From contig CAVSGI010000010.1 of assembly GCA_963727445.1 (NCBI GenBank), positions 960,001 through 1,024,000 on the forward strand: a DNA stretch of 64,000 bases, in the 5' to 3' direction. The notes below the pieces were generated by a model, which made no database searches, was not told where the DNA came from, and saw only the letters and a list, made by a program, of their open reading frames with translations. Made by a program: the position numbers and the translations under genes. Below are positions 39,689 through 48,713 of this stretch, one piece after another (positions within the stretch are counted from its first letter, which is position 1; the number at the start of each line of letters is the position of its first letter). The DNA comes from an uncultured delta proteobacterium. GTDB lineage: Bacteria > Myxococcota_A > Polyangia > Polyangiales > B10-G4.

Positions 39689-40848
39689 CCGCCACGCTCG
39701 CCACCTCGTCGATCACGCTCAGCCGAAGCGCCCTCGCCGGCAACGTGCGCTTCCTCCGCGACCTGATCGGTCCGAGCGTGCGGCTCTGCTCGGTCGTCAA
39801 AGGCAACGCCTATGGGCACGGCATCGCGGAGCACGTGCCCCTCGCCGAGGCCGCGGGCGTCCGGTGCTTCGCCGTGTTCGGCCCGGGGGAAGCCGAGGCC
39901 GTCCTGGCCGCGCGCACCACGGACGCGACGATCGTCGTGATGGGCCCGGCCATGGGCGACGCGCTCGAATGGATGGTCGACCGCGAGCTCTCCTTCTTCG
40001 TCCACGACGTAGCGGGCCTCGAGCGTGCCGTCGCCGCGGCGCGCCGACGTGAGCGGACCGCGCGGATCCATCTCGAGCTCGAGACCGGGCTCTACCGCAC
40101 CGGGCTCAGCGATCACGTCCTGCCGCGCGTGGCGAGGCTGCTCGAGGACGCAGGCGAGGCGGCGAGCGTGGTGGGGACGTGCACCCACTTCGCCGGCGCC
40201 GAAGACGCCACGAACCACCCACGCATCGAAGCCCAGCTCGAACGCTTCGAGCAGGGGCTCGCTCACCTCGCGCGCCTCGGTGTCTCTCCGGGGCTTCGCC
40301 ACACCGCCTGCTCCGCGGCGGCGCTCCTGTTCCCGGAGGCCCGGATGGACCTCGTGCGCGTCGGGATCGCGCACTATGGCCTGTGGCCCAGCCGCCAGAC
40401 GGCGTCCACGTTTCTGTCGCGCCGTGGCGACGTCACTTGGGATGCGCTGACGCCCGTGCTCCGCTGGACCAGCCGCGTCATGGGAATCAAAGACGTCCCT
40501 CCGGGCGCCCACATCGGCTATGGCAGCTCGTATCGCACCGAGCGCTCGATCCGGGTCGCCACGGTGCCCGTCGGCTACGCGCAGGGCTTCTCCCGGAGCC
40601 TGAGCAACGGCGGACGCATTCTCTTCGCCGGCCACGAAGCGGAGATCGTGGGCGTCGTGAACATGTCGATGCTGCTCGTGGACGTCAGCGACATCCCGGG
40701 CGCCGGCCCCGGTGACGAGGTGACCCTCATCGGTCGTGACGGCGACGCCGAGGTCCGCGTCTCGTCCTTCAGCGATCCGCCCGGACACCCCACCTACGAG
40801 ATGCTGGTGAACCTCGACCCGAGGATCCCGCGAATCGTCGTCGACTGA
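39685..40848 (+). CDS. alr: Alanine racemase-family PLP enzyme
   Basis: VVKGNAYGHG, ETGLYRTG, THFAGAE, VRVGIAHYG, IGYG, VPVGYAQG; ATGA overlap with the amidohydrolase. Confidence 0.85.
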   Translation: MTATLATSSITLSRSALAGNVRFLRDLIGPSVRLCSVVKGNAYGHGIAEHVPLAEAAGVRCFAVFGPGEAEAVLAARTTDATIVVMGPAMGDALEWMVDRELSFFVHDVAGLERAVAAARRRERTARIHLELETGLYRTGLSDHVLPRVARLLEDAGEAASVVGTCTHFAGAEDATNHPRIEAQLERFEQGLAHLARLGVSPGLRHTACSAAALLFPEARMDLVRVGIAHYGLWPSRQTASTFLSRRGDVTWDALTPVLRWTSRVMGIKDVPPGAHIGYGSSYRTERSIRVATVPVGYAQGFSRSLSNGGRILFAGHEAEIVGVVNMSMLLVDVSDIPGAGPGDEVTLIGRDGDAEVRVSSFSDPPGHPTYEMLVNLDPRIPRIVVD

Positions 40849-40927
40849 AAGGGCTCGCTGTCTTTGCGTCTGGCGAGGGCCACGCCGAGGAACCCATCAT
40901 CGGGCAGCCATTGTACAATGACGCCGA

Positions 40928-42220
40928 ATGTACGCGCCCCTTCGCGCGGCCGCGGCGACCCGCATCGCCTTCGTGGTCCTCGCTCTCGGCGGATGCTCGG
41001 CCGACGAGCACGAGCTGATCGTCAACGTTCGCACCGATCTGGTGCCGGGCGCGGAGTTCGATCAGGCCGTGGTGGAGCTCTTCGATGAGCGCGGGACCTT
41101 CGGCGAGCGGCTGCGACGCGTCGAGGTGCGCGCCGTCGCGGGAGACGACTACACCGAGGGCTACCGTGTCGCCGAGCTCCAGGCCGTCCCGAACGGCTTC
41201 TTCGTGATCCGCGCCGCGCTCCTGTTGGACGGCGACCTGGTGGTGGACGCCGTGGGGCCGCTCGAGGTGCGAGAGAACCGCGCGGTGACCGTCGACGTCA
41301 CCCGCGCTTGCGTCGGGGTCTCCTGTCCCCCGCCCGCCGCTCCCAACGCGACGGTGTGCGTCGCAGGTACCTGCGCGCCGCCCGAATGTCTCTTCGCACG
41401 TGGGGGCGCGGGCTGTCCGAGCGTACCCGACGGCGGGCTCGATTCGTCGCTGCCGATGGACACGGGGATCGACGCGGGCGACGCGGGCGACGGGGGCGTC
41501 GATGCCGACGCCGGCGCGGACGCGGGGCCGACACCACCGCCGGGCTACGTGCTGGTCCCGGCCGGGCCGTACCAGATGGGATGCAACAGCGCCCTCGACA
41601 CCGTGTGCATGCCGGACGAGCTCCCGCGACACGAGGTCTTCGTGAGCGCCTTCTTCATCATGATCCGCGAGGTGTCCATGACCGAGTGGGCGGCGTGCAT
41701 CGACGCGGGGGAGTGCGCGATCCCCAGCGACGGGATGTGGTGGACGCCGATGATGACGCCGAACGATCCGGTCGTGGACATGGAGCGCGCCGAGGCCGAG
41801 GCCTATTGCCGGTGGATCGGCGGACGACTGCCGACCGAGGCCGAGTGGGAGAAGGCTGCGCGGGGCACGGATGGTCGTGTCTACCCCTGGGGCAACGACC
41901 CTCCCAACTGCACCCTCGCCAACTACCTCGACTGCGGCGACATGCGGATGTCGGTCGACATCTTCGAGAGCGTCGCCAGCCCCTACGGCACCATCAACCA
42001 AGCCGGCAACGTGTGGGAGTGGGTGAGCGACTACTACGCGGCGGACTACTACGCGAGCAGCCCGGCCAGCGATCCCCGTGGCCCCGCGACCGGCACCAGC
42101 TGGGTGATCCGCGGCGGCAGCCACGACTGGCCGGACACCGCGCTCCGAACGTCGAAGCGATTGGAGTGGGATCACCCCACGGCGGTGATCGGCGTGCGAT
42201 GCGTGCGCGACGTGCCCTGA
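40928..42220 (+). CDS. Lipoprotein with a C-terminal FGE-sulfatase (SUMF1) domain
   Basis: ALGGC lipobox; RLPTEAEWEKAARG, YPWG, AGNVWEW, RGGS, IGVRC. Confidence 0.85.
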   Translation: MYAPLRAAAATRIAFVVLALGGCSADEHELIVNVRTDLVPGAEFDQAVVELFDERGTFGERLRRVEVRAVAGDDYTEGYRVAELQAVPNGFFVIRAALLLDGDLVVDAVGPLEVRENRAVTVDVTRACVGVSCPPPAAPNATVCVAGTCAPPECLFARGGAGCPSVPDGGLDSSLPMDTGIDAGDAGDGGVDADAGADAGPTPPPGYVLVPAGPYQMGCNSALDTVCMPDELPRHEVFVSAFFIMIREVSMTEWAACIDAGECAIPSDGMWWTPMMTPNDPVVDMERAEAEAYCRWIGGRLPTEAEWEKAARGTDGRVYPWGNDPPNCTLANYLDCGDMRMSVDIFESVASPYGTINQAGNVWEWVSDYYAADYYASSPASDPRGPATGTSWVIRGGSHDWPDTALRTSKRLEWDHPTAVIGVRCVRDVP

Positions 42221-42223
42221 GAT

Positions 42224-43714
42224 TCAGATCCGCTGCAAGCGCTCGTTCTCGATGCGCCACTCCTCGCGCGTGACGCGCTCCGCGAACCACCCGTCGTGGG
42301 TGACGAGGAGCAGCGCGCCGGGATAGGCGTCGAGGGCCGATTCGAGGCGCTCGATGGAGGGCAGGTCGAGGTGATTGGTCGGCTCGTCGAGGACCAGACA
42401 GGTGGCACCGGCGGCCAGGCCTTCGGCCATTCGCAGCTTCTTCGCCTCGCCCGGTGAGGGCTCGTCGGTGGCGAGGACGCGCGCTGGATCCGAGCCCAAC
42501 GCCGCCAACAGGGACAACACCCGTCCGCGCGCGTCTCTGGGGAGCGCACGGACGCGACGGACCGCGGCGCGACGCTCGCCCGCCGTCAGCTCCTGCGGCA
42601 GGTAGAGCGTGGACCGCGGAGGCAGCAGGTCGAGGAGCGCTTTGAGGAGCGTGGTCTTGCCGGCGCCGTTGTCACCGGAGACGCGGACGCGACTCTCTCG
42701 CTCGACGACGAGGCTGATCGGCCCCCGGGCGAGGAGTCGGCCCGCGATCTCGAGCGCCGGCAGACAGAGCGCTCCCAAACGCGTCGATCGCGCGGGCTGG
42801 TAGTCGAAGAAGAGCTCGCTCCCGAGCGGCTTTTCCACGTGGTGCTCCGCGAGGCGCGCCTGATCGCGGGCATGACGAGAGGAGAGGCTGGCAGCCGCGC
42901 GCGCGTGGGCCGACTCGGCCTTCGCCGCGCGGTGCTTGCGGTTGACCGAGCGCCCATCCGAGTCGCGAATGCTCTTGAGTCGCCGCCGGGCCCCGATGTT
43001 CTTCTCGGCCGAGGCGCGCTCTCGGCGCCGGGCGTCCAGTGCGCGGGCGCTCCGACGCACCTCCGCGCGTGCGCGCTCTCGCGCCTCGTGCTTCGTCCGG
43101 TGGTCGAGTGCCCGCACCTCTTCGGCCAGGCCGTAACCTCCGTCGAAGACACGCAACCGGCCGTCCTCGAGGAAGGCGGTGTGCGTCGCGATCTCTTCGA
43201 TGAACGCGCGGTCGTGACTGACGACGATGCCGACGCCGCGAAACCGGCGCAGCGCGGCCGTGAGGAGGACGCGAGCGGAAGTGTCGAGGTGATTCGTGGG
43301 CTCGTCGAGGAGCAGGACGTCGGGACGCCGCGCGAGCGCCGCGCCGACCTGAAATCGCTTTCGCTCGCCCGGCGACAGCGTCCCCCAGCGGCAGAGATCG
43401 AGCGCCTCGAGGTCGAGCTCCGCGCGCAGACGGACGCTCGTTCGATCCCAAGCCCCCGCGAAGGCCTCGATCTCGGCGTCGGGTGCGTCGACGACCTGGG
43501 GGCATCGCACGACGAGCGCGCCCGCCGGCTCGATGCGCACCTCGCCTTCGTCGGGCGAGAGGGTGCCGTCGACGAGCGCGAGGAGCGTGGTCTTGCCGGC
43601 GCCATTTTCGCCGACCAGCGCCGTGAAGCCGGGCTCGAAACGATGGTCGAGCCCACGGAGAATCGGAACGTGACCGGCGTAGGCGAACGCCAGGCGACAA
43701 AGGGATACGGACAT
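42224..43714 (-). CDS. ABC-F family ATPase (putative ribosome-protection ARE type)
   Basis: Two NBDs (GENGAGKTT, LSPGE, LLDEPTNHLD; GDNGAGKTT, LVLDEPTNHLD), a long basic linker, no TM domain. Confidence 0.88.
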   Translation of the reverse strand: MSVSLCRLAFAYAGHVPILRGLDHRFEPGFTALVGENGAGKTTLLALVDGTLSPDEGEVRIEPAGALVVRCPQVVDAPDAEIEAFAGAWDRTSVRLRAELDLEALDLCRWGTLSPGERKRFQVGAALARRPDVLLLDEPTNHLDTSARVLLTAALRRFRGVGIVVSHDRAFIEEIATHTAFLEDGRLRVFDGGYGLAEEVRALDHRTKHEARERARAEVRRSARALDARRRERASAEKNIGARRRLKSIRDSDGRSVNRKHRAAKAESAHARAAASLSSRHARDQARLAEHHVEKPLGSELFFDYQPARSTRLGALCLPALEIAGRLLARGPISLVVERESRVRVSGDNGAGKTTLLKALLDLLPPRSTLYLPQELTAGERRAAVRRVRALPRDARGRVLSLLAALGSDPARVLATDEPSPGEAKKLRMAEGLAAGATCLVLDEPTNHLDLPSIERLESALDAYPGALLLVTHDGWFAERVTREEWRIENERLQRI

Positions 43715-43784
43715 GAGACCTCGAGCGGGGTGAAGGACGAAACGGGGCCGCCTGCCCAACGGGCACGCGACGCGGACGGGTTCT

Positions 43785-43814
43785 TCAGCTCGCGAAGGTC
43801 ATGATCGGCGCCAT
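43785..43814 (-). promoter_or_regulatory. Putative leader peptide (uORF) MAPIMTFAS upstream of the ABC-F gene
   Basis: Strong SD AGGAGGTG at 43824-43831, ATG at 43814, TGA at 43785, 70 nt before the ABC-F ATG. Confidence 0.6.
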
Positions 43815-43990
43815 CTCTGGCGCCACCTCCTCGATGCGTCTCGGCAGGTGATGTGTCAACCGCCAGTCGCGCAACCTCTGCCCCGTCGTGCGCTTTGGGC
43901 ACACGGCCGGGCATGAAATTGCAGGGCTTTGGGTGGGTACGGGGACTGCATACAGGGTCCTACATCCTCCCACTTCCCCACCGGAGCTCG

Positions 43991-45292
43991 ATGGCCCCCT
44001 CCCACAGCCCCCTCGAACGTCAGAGCGCGCCCCTCAGTCCATTCGAAACCGCCGACAGCGGCCTGTCGCTCGTCGTCACCGAAGGCGAGCTCCAGCGTGA
44101 CCCGCGCGCCTATCACGGCCGCCGCATCACCGTGCGCGCGCTGTTGTCGCGCGGATTCGAGCACAGCACCCTCTCCATCGCCTGGTGCGAGCTCCCAGAA
44201 GGGGAGAGCGAGAGCGACTGGGATGGGCTTCATCTGGTCGAGGCCACGGGCGTCTGGCACTGCGACGGAAAGACGAGCTATGGGCACCTCGGCGCCTGGG
44301 ACGCCGAGTTTCGTGTCAGTCGGATCGCCCTGCGCACACCGAGCGCCGAGCGCACAATCATCCGCGAAGAGCTGCTCGACCTCGTCCCGGACGAGGTGAC
44401 GGTCGTGCGCATCTGCACCGAGGTGGAGCTCGGTGACGACCGCTGGAACGTGTGGCTCGGCAACCGACGGATCATCGAGTCGGGCCTCGGACGATTTCCC
44501 TTCGGGGCGCCGTGGAAGCGCGGCCGGCGCGTGGCGGACCTGGTGCTCGTGGTCACGCCCTCCAACAAGCTCTACGTGGTCTCGGCGACCTGGATCGCGA
44601 GCCCCGGGAGCGCGCGCACCCGGATCAAGGTCGTCGGCTCCCACGAGCTCGACCGCGAGTTGCCCGGCGCGGCGCGCGTGATCGGGCAGCTCGTCTCGGA
44701 GGCCGGGCAGGTGTTCCTCGAAGGAGGCCCGGTCAACGGGAGGCGCCTGATCGAGGTCTCGGAGGAGATCGAGGAGCGACTCGCACACGGTCCCGCGATG
44801 TGCATCGTGTCGATGGATCGTGACGAGGTCCTCGACGTGGAGCTGGTCGAAGCGACTCTCGAAGAGACCGAAGAGCAGGGCACGCTTCGCCTCGCTGATG
44901 TCTTCGAGGATCAGCTCGGCTTCATCATCGAGGAGTACGAGCTGCCCGGCTCGGCGCGGCGCGTCCTGGTCCGGGTGGCCGAAGAGGACGCGTCGGGTGC
45001 GCGCCTCGGCCGCTGGGAGCGCGGAGGCTTCGCGGGGCTTCAGGCGGCGCAGCGTGAGCTCCGGCGTGCGGCGCGTGCCTGGGCGGAGGTCCATGCGCAC
45101 GAGCGGCGCGCCGAGCAGCTCCGTGCCGAGAGCGAGCGCATCGGGCTCCCTGAGCAGCGCCACCAGGTGGCGTCCCTGGCCTTCAAGGAGCTCCTCTTCG
45201 CCGAGCGCGCGCGCCTGCGTTTCGCTGCGGAGCGCACGCGCTTCGGCCGAAGCGTTCGGCGCGCCGCCGACGCGCGCCGAATGAACGGGTGA
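43991..45292 (+). CDS. Hypothetical protein
   Basis: GGAG RBS + ATG; coding-like codon use; C-terminal coiled coil. Confidence 0.6.
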   Translation: MAPSHSPLERQSAPLSPFETADSGLSLVVTEGELQRDPRAYHGRRITVRALLSRGFEHSTLSIAWCELPEGESESDWDGLHLVEATGVWHCDGKTSYGHLGAWDAEFRVSRIALRTPSAERTIIREELLDLVPDEVTVVRICTEVELGDDRWNVWLGNRRIIESGLGRFPFGAPWKRGRRVADLVLVVTPSNKLYVVSATWIASPGSARTRIKVVGSHELDRELPGAARVIGQLVSEAGQVFLEGGPVNGRRLIEVSEEIEERLAHGPAMCIVSMDRDEVLDVELVEATLEETEEQGTLRLADVFEDQLGFIIEEYELPGSARRVLVRVAEEDASGARLGRWERGGFAGLQAAQRELRRAARAWAEVHAHERRAEQLRAESERIGLPEQRHQVASLAFKELLFAERARLRFAAERTRFGRSVRRAADARRMNG

Positions 45293-45312
45293 GGCGTCGG
45301 CCGCCCGCATCC

Positions 45313-46341
45313 TCACGCCACGCGGAGGGCGGCGCGGGAGGCGGAGGCGTCGACGCTTCCCGTACGACGCGCGCTGACCACGTCGACCACGACGCTGCCG
45401 CTCGGGCGCCGCGTCTCGAGGGCGGCGTGGGCATCGGCGATGCGCTCGAGCGGATGGCGCTCGGCGATCACCGCGCGAACGGCGCCGGACTCGGCGAGGT
45501 CGCGCAGGTCTTCGGTGCTCGCGGGGGTGCCCATGGCCACGCCCGCCAGCGCACGCTGGCCGCCGCGCAGCGCGGTGAGCGCCATCTCGAAGAGGACGCG
45601 CAGGGTGAGGTAGAGGGAGAGGTAGCGTCCCTTCGGGCCGAGGGCGCGGCGGAAGGAGCGGAAGTGATCGCCCTCGGTGGTGTCGAGGATCACGTCCCAC
45701 TTTCCGCGCTCCTGGGTGAAGTCCTCTTGCGTGTAGTCGATGATCGCGTCGGCGCCGAGGGAACGCACGAGCTCGGCGTCGCGGCTCAGCACGCCGGTGA
45801 CGTGGGCGCCGAGGTGCTTGGCGACCTGAACCGCCATCCGGCCCGACGCCGCCCGAGGCGCCGACGATCAGCACGCGCTCGCCCGGCTGGACCTTCGCCA
45901 GGTCGCGAAGGAAGTAGCAGCGCCGTCCCCGCGCCGTAGGGCAGTGACGCGGCCTCGGCGTAGCCGAGCTCGGTGGGCATGGTGGCCACGGGATCGGTCT
46001 CGTTCACCGCGAGGTACTCGGCGTACGCCCCGTGCATCACGGTGCCGAAGATGTCGTCTCCGACCGAGAAGCGCGTCACCTCGGCGCCGACCTCGACCAC
46101 CCGACCGGCGAAGGTAGAGCCGCCGATGGTGTGGCGGGGGCGAAAGACGCCCATCATGAGCCGGCCGAAGACGGCGGACATGCCGGGGAAGTCGGCGCTG
46201 CGCAGCCGGCGGTCGCCCTGGGTCACCGCGCTTGCGTGAACCCGCACCAGGACCTGGCGAGGGCCGATGGTGGGGCGCTCGACCTCGGAGATCTCAAGGA
46301 CATCGGGGGTTCCGTACTCGGATGTTGGTGGCTGCACGCAT
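45313..46341 (-). pseudogene. MDR-family NAD(P)-dependent oxidoreductase (quinone reductase-like), about 3 frameshifts
   Basis: YGTPDVL, VLVRVHAS, AGRVVEVGAEVTRF, VLIVGASGGVG, AVQVAK, LGADAIIDY are spread over several frames. Confidence 0.8.
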
Positions 46342-46450
46342 GGTCTGCTTCCTCTGCGTTCGCGCCGGCTCCATCGCCGACACCTGGAGTATGTTCATGC
46401 GATTTCGTTTTGAAAATCCGCGATTACGCATCTGTGCTATGCATTTATGC

Positions 46451-47342
46451 ATGGATTGGCGCCACGTCGGCTTCGACTGGAACCGGGCCCGGGCCTTCTT
46501 GGTGACGGCCGAGGAAGGCTCTTTCTCGGCGGCAGCGCGGGCCCTCGGCGCGACCCAGCCGACCGTGGGGCGACAGGTGACGAGCCTCGAGGAGGAGCTC
46601 GACGTCGTCCTCTTCGAGCGGGTGGGCCGTGGCCTCGAGCTGACGCCGACGGGCCTCGAGCTGGTGGAGCACGTCCGCGCCATGGCCGAGGCGGCGCTGC
46701 GCTTCTCACGCGTCGCCGCAGGTCAGTCGCTCTCGCTGGACGGGCCGGTCTCCATCAGCGCCGGCGAGGTGATCGCCGTGCACATGCTCCCCGCGGCCGT
46801 CGGCGAGATCCGGCGCGCCCATCCCGGCATCGAGATCGAGATCCTCGCGACCAATCAGGTCAGCGATCTCGGAAGGCGCGAGGCGGACGTCGCGATCCGC
46901 AATTTCCGCCCCCGAGAGCCCGAGCTCGTGGCCAAGAAGCTGCGCGAAGCCGACGGCTATCTCTACGCCACCCCAGCGTATCTACGAGTCCATCGGCGAT
47001 CCCCAGACCCTCGAGGCGCTCTCCCGCCGCGGCGAGTTCGTCGGCTTCGACACCAGCGACACCTTCGCGAACGGGCTCAACGCCATGGGCTTCTCCGTCA
47101 CCCAGAAGAGCTTCCCCTGGGTCTCGGGCAACCAACACGTGCAGTGGTCCCTCGTCACCCAGGGCTCGGCCATCGGCGTCATGATGGCCGACATCGGCGA
47201 TGACGATCCGCGCGTCGTCCGCGTGCTCCCCGAGCTCGTGCGCTTCCCCGTCCCGATGTGGCTGACGAGCCACCGCGAGGTGCGCACGAGCCGCCGCGTC
47301 CGCGTCGTCTTCGACATGCTCGCCGAAGCGCTCGGCGGCTGA
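46451..47342 (+). pseudogene. LysR-family regulator divergent from the MDR gene, frameshifted near 46987
   Basis: FDWNRARAF..AEEGSFSAAARALGATQPTVGRQ; READVAIR; the C-terminus WLTSHREVRTSRRVRVVFD is in another frame. Confidence 0.85.
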
Positions 47343-47396
47343 GGGACGACGATCGGTGACTCGACGCCGGCGCGAGGCGCGTGACACCATCCGCCC

Positions 47397-47927
47397 ATGT
47401 CCCGTCAGGGTTTTCGTTGGTTAGCGTTCCAGCTCGCCGTGTCTGCCACGTTGACCTGTGGCGGCTGCTCGAGCTCGTCGACACAGGAGCCTGCGCCACC
47501 CGCGGAGGCGCTGGCGTCAGGTGCGCCTGCGCCGAAGACCGGTTACGGAACCGCCATGGCGGACGTCGGGCGGCGCTTCGAGCTCCTCGGGCGCGCCGTC
47601 GTCGCCGACCGCTTCGAGCTCGCCGACTACGAGCTGGGGGAGATCGGTGAGGTGTTCGAGGAGACGCTCCCCGAGGCGGACCTTCCCCGCGAAGGCCACC
47701 CCGAGGTTCTGCCCGCCATGGTGACGGCGTTTACCGCGACCAACATCCCGGATCTCCACCAGGCGCTCGCGGGTCACGACGCATCGGAGATCACCGCGGC
47801 CTTCGAACGAACCGCTTCCGCCTGCAACGAGTGCCACCGCGATTCGGGTCACGGCTTCATCGAGGTCTCCCTCGTCGCCGGCAGACCTGTCCCGGTCACC
47901 GATCCCCTCGAACCCGCCGCGCCCTGA
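47397..47927 (+). CDS. Monoheme c-type cytochrome lipoprotein (helical bundle, cyt c'-like)
   Basis: LTCGGC lipobox; C-terminal ACNECH. Confidence 0.72.
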   Translation: MSRQGFRWLAFQLAVSATLTCGGCSSSSTQEPAPPAEALASGAPAPKTGYGTAMADVGRRFELLGRAVVADRFELADYELGEIGEVFEETLPEADLPREGHPEVLPAMVTAFTATNIPDLHQALAGHDASEITAAFERTASACNECHRDSGHGFIEVSLVAGRPVPVTDPLEPAAP

Positions 47928-47939
47928 AGGCGGGGCGGG
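47913..47939. terminator. GC-rich hairpin between convergent genes
   Basis: cccgccgcgcc-ctgaa-ggcggggcggg; no clear U-tract. Confidence 0.3.
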
Positions 47940-47943
47940 GGTA

Positions 47944-48642
47944 TCAGCGCGCGAGATAGTAGAGCTCGTGCTCCGGGCCCGACGCTCCGTCGTGAGCGAG
48001 TAGGAAGAGGCGTCCCACCTCGAGGCTCGTCCACACCCTCTTCTTGCCGACCGTCTCCGCGTCTGACCACTGAGCCACGTAGCGATAGTGGCGAGAGTCC
48101 TCTCGCGTGTCGTTGTGCACCGGATCCTGGATCCAGGCGGGCACGCCACCGATCTTGGTGCCGCCCGCGTGGGAACCCTTCAGCCAGCCCGCGGGCGGCG
48201 CGGGCCTTTCTTCGTGGGCGCCGTACAGAAGGAAATCGACCAGCGTGTCGTCGGCGACCTCCACGGTCTTCGTCCACTCGGCGACGATCAGCGGCTCGGC
48301 CGGCGCGTCGAGCCCCGGCGGCGGCTCGGTCTTCTTGGCCCCGGGAGAGTCGACGACCACTATCGCGTGGGCGCCGTCGGCGTTCCCCGGGACTCCCGCG
48401 CTGAAACCGCAATCCGGGGAATCGAAGTTCTTGCAGAGGAAGGCATAGAGAACGCGCTCCTCCGCACCGAGGTCAATCCGCTCGCCGGCGTGTTTCCACT
48501 GACCGATGAAGGCCATGGGCTCGTTGCACAGGGCGCAATGAGGCCAATCGTCGTCGGGCAGGCCGACGGGCAGTCCGCCGACGCGGTCCAGGCTCATGCC
48601 CCCTCGGCGAAACGTCGGCAGCCAGGTGACGAGCTCCGCCAT
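47944..48642 (-). CDS. YwqG/DUF1963-like protein
   Basis: RVGGLP...WPHCALCNEPMAFIGQ; TKIGGVPAWIQ. Confidence 0.65.
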   Translation of the reverse strand: MAELVTWLPTFRRGGMSLDRVGGLPVGLPDDDWPHCALCNEPMAFIGQWKHAGERIDLGAEERVLYAFLCKNFDSPDCGFSAGVPGNADGAHAIVVVDSPGAKKTEPPPGLDAPAEPLIVAEWTKTVEVADDTLVDFLLYGAHEERPAPPAGWLKGSHAGGTKIGGVPAWIQDPVHNDTREDSRHYRYVAQWSDAETVGKKRVWTSLEVGRLFLLAHDGASGPEHELYYLAR

Positions 48643-48713
48643 GACCCGAAAGGTACCACGGACCGATTCTTCGACGATCAGAGGGTGACGCACCCCGCGC
48701 GAAGCAAGAACGC

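Noticed and set aside
40928..42220. Active formylglycine-generating enzyme
   Set aside because: The Cu-binding Cys pair after RGGS is absent and no sulfatase gene is nearby, so this is likely a non-catalytic FGE-fold domain.
43831..43859. Sigma70 promoter at TTGACA upstream of the ABC-F leader
   Set aside because: The -10 position reads CATCGA, a poor match, and would abut the SD sequence.
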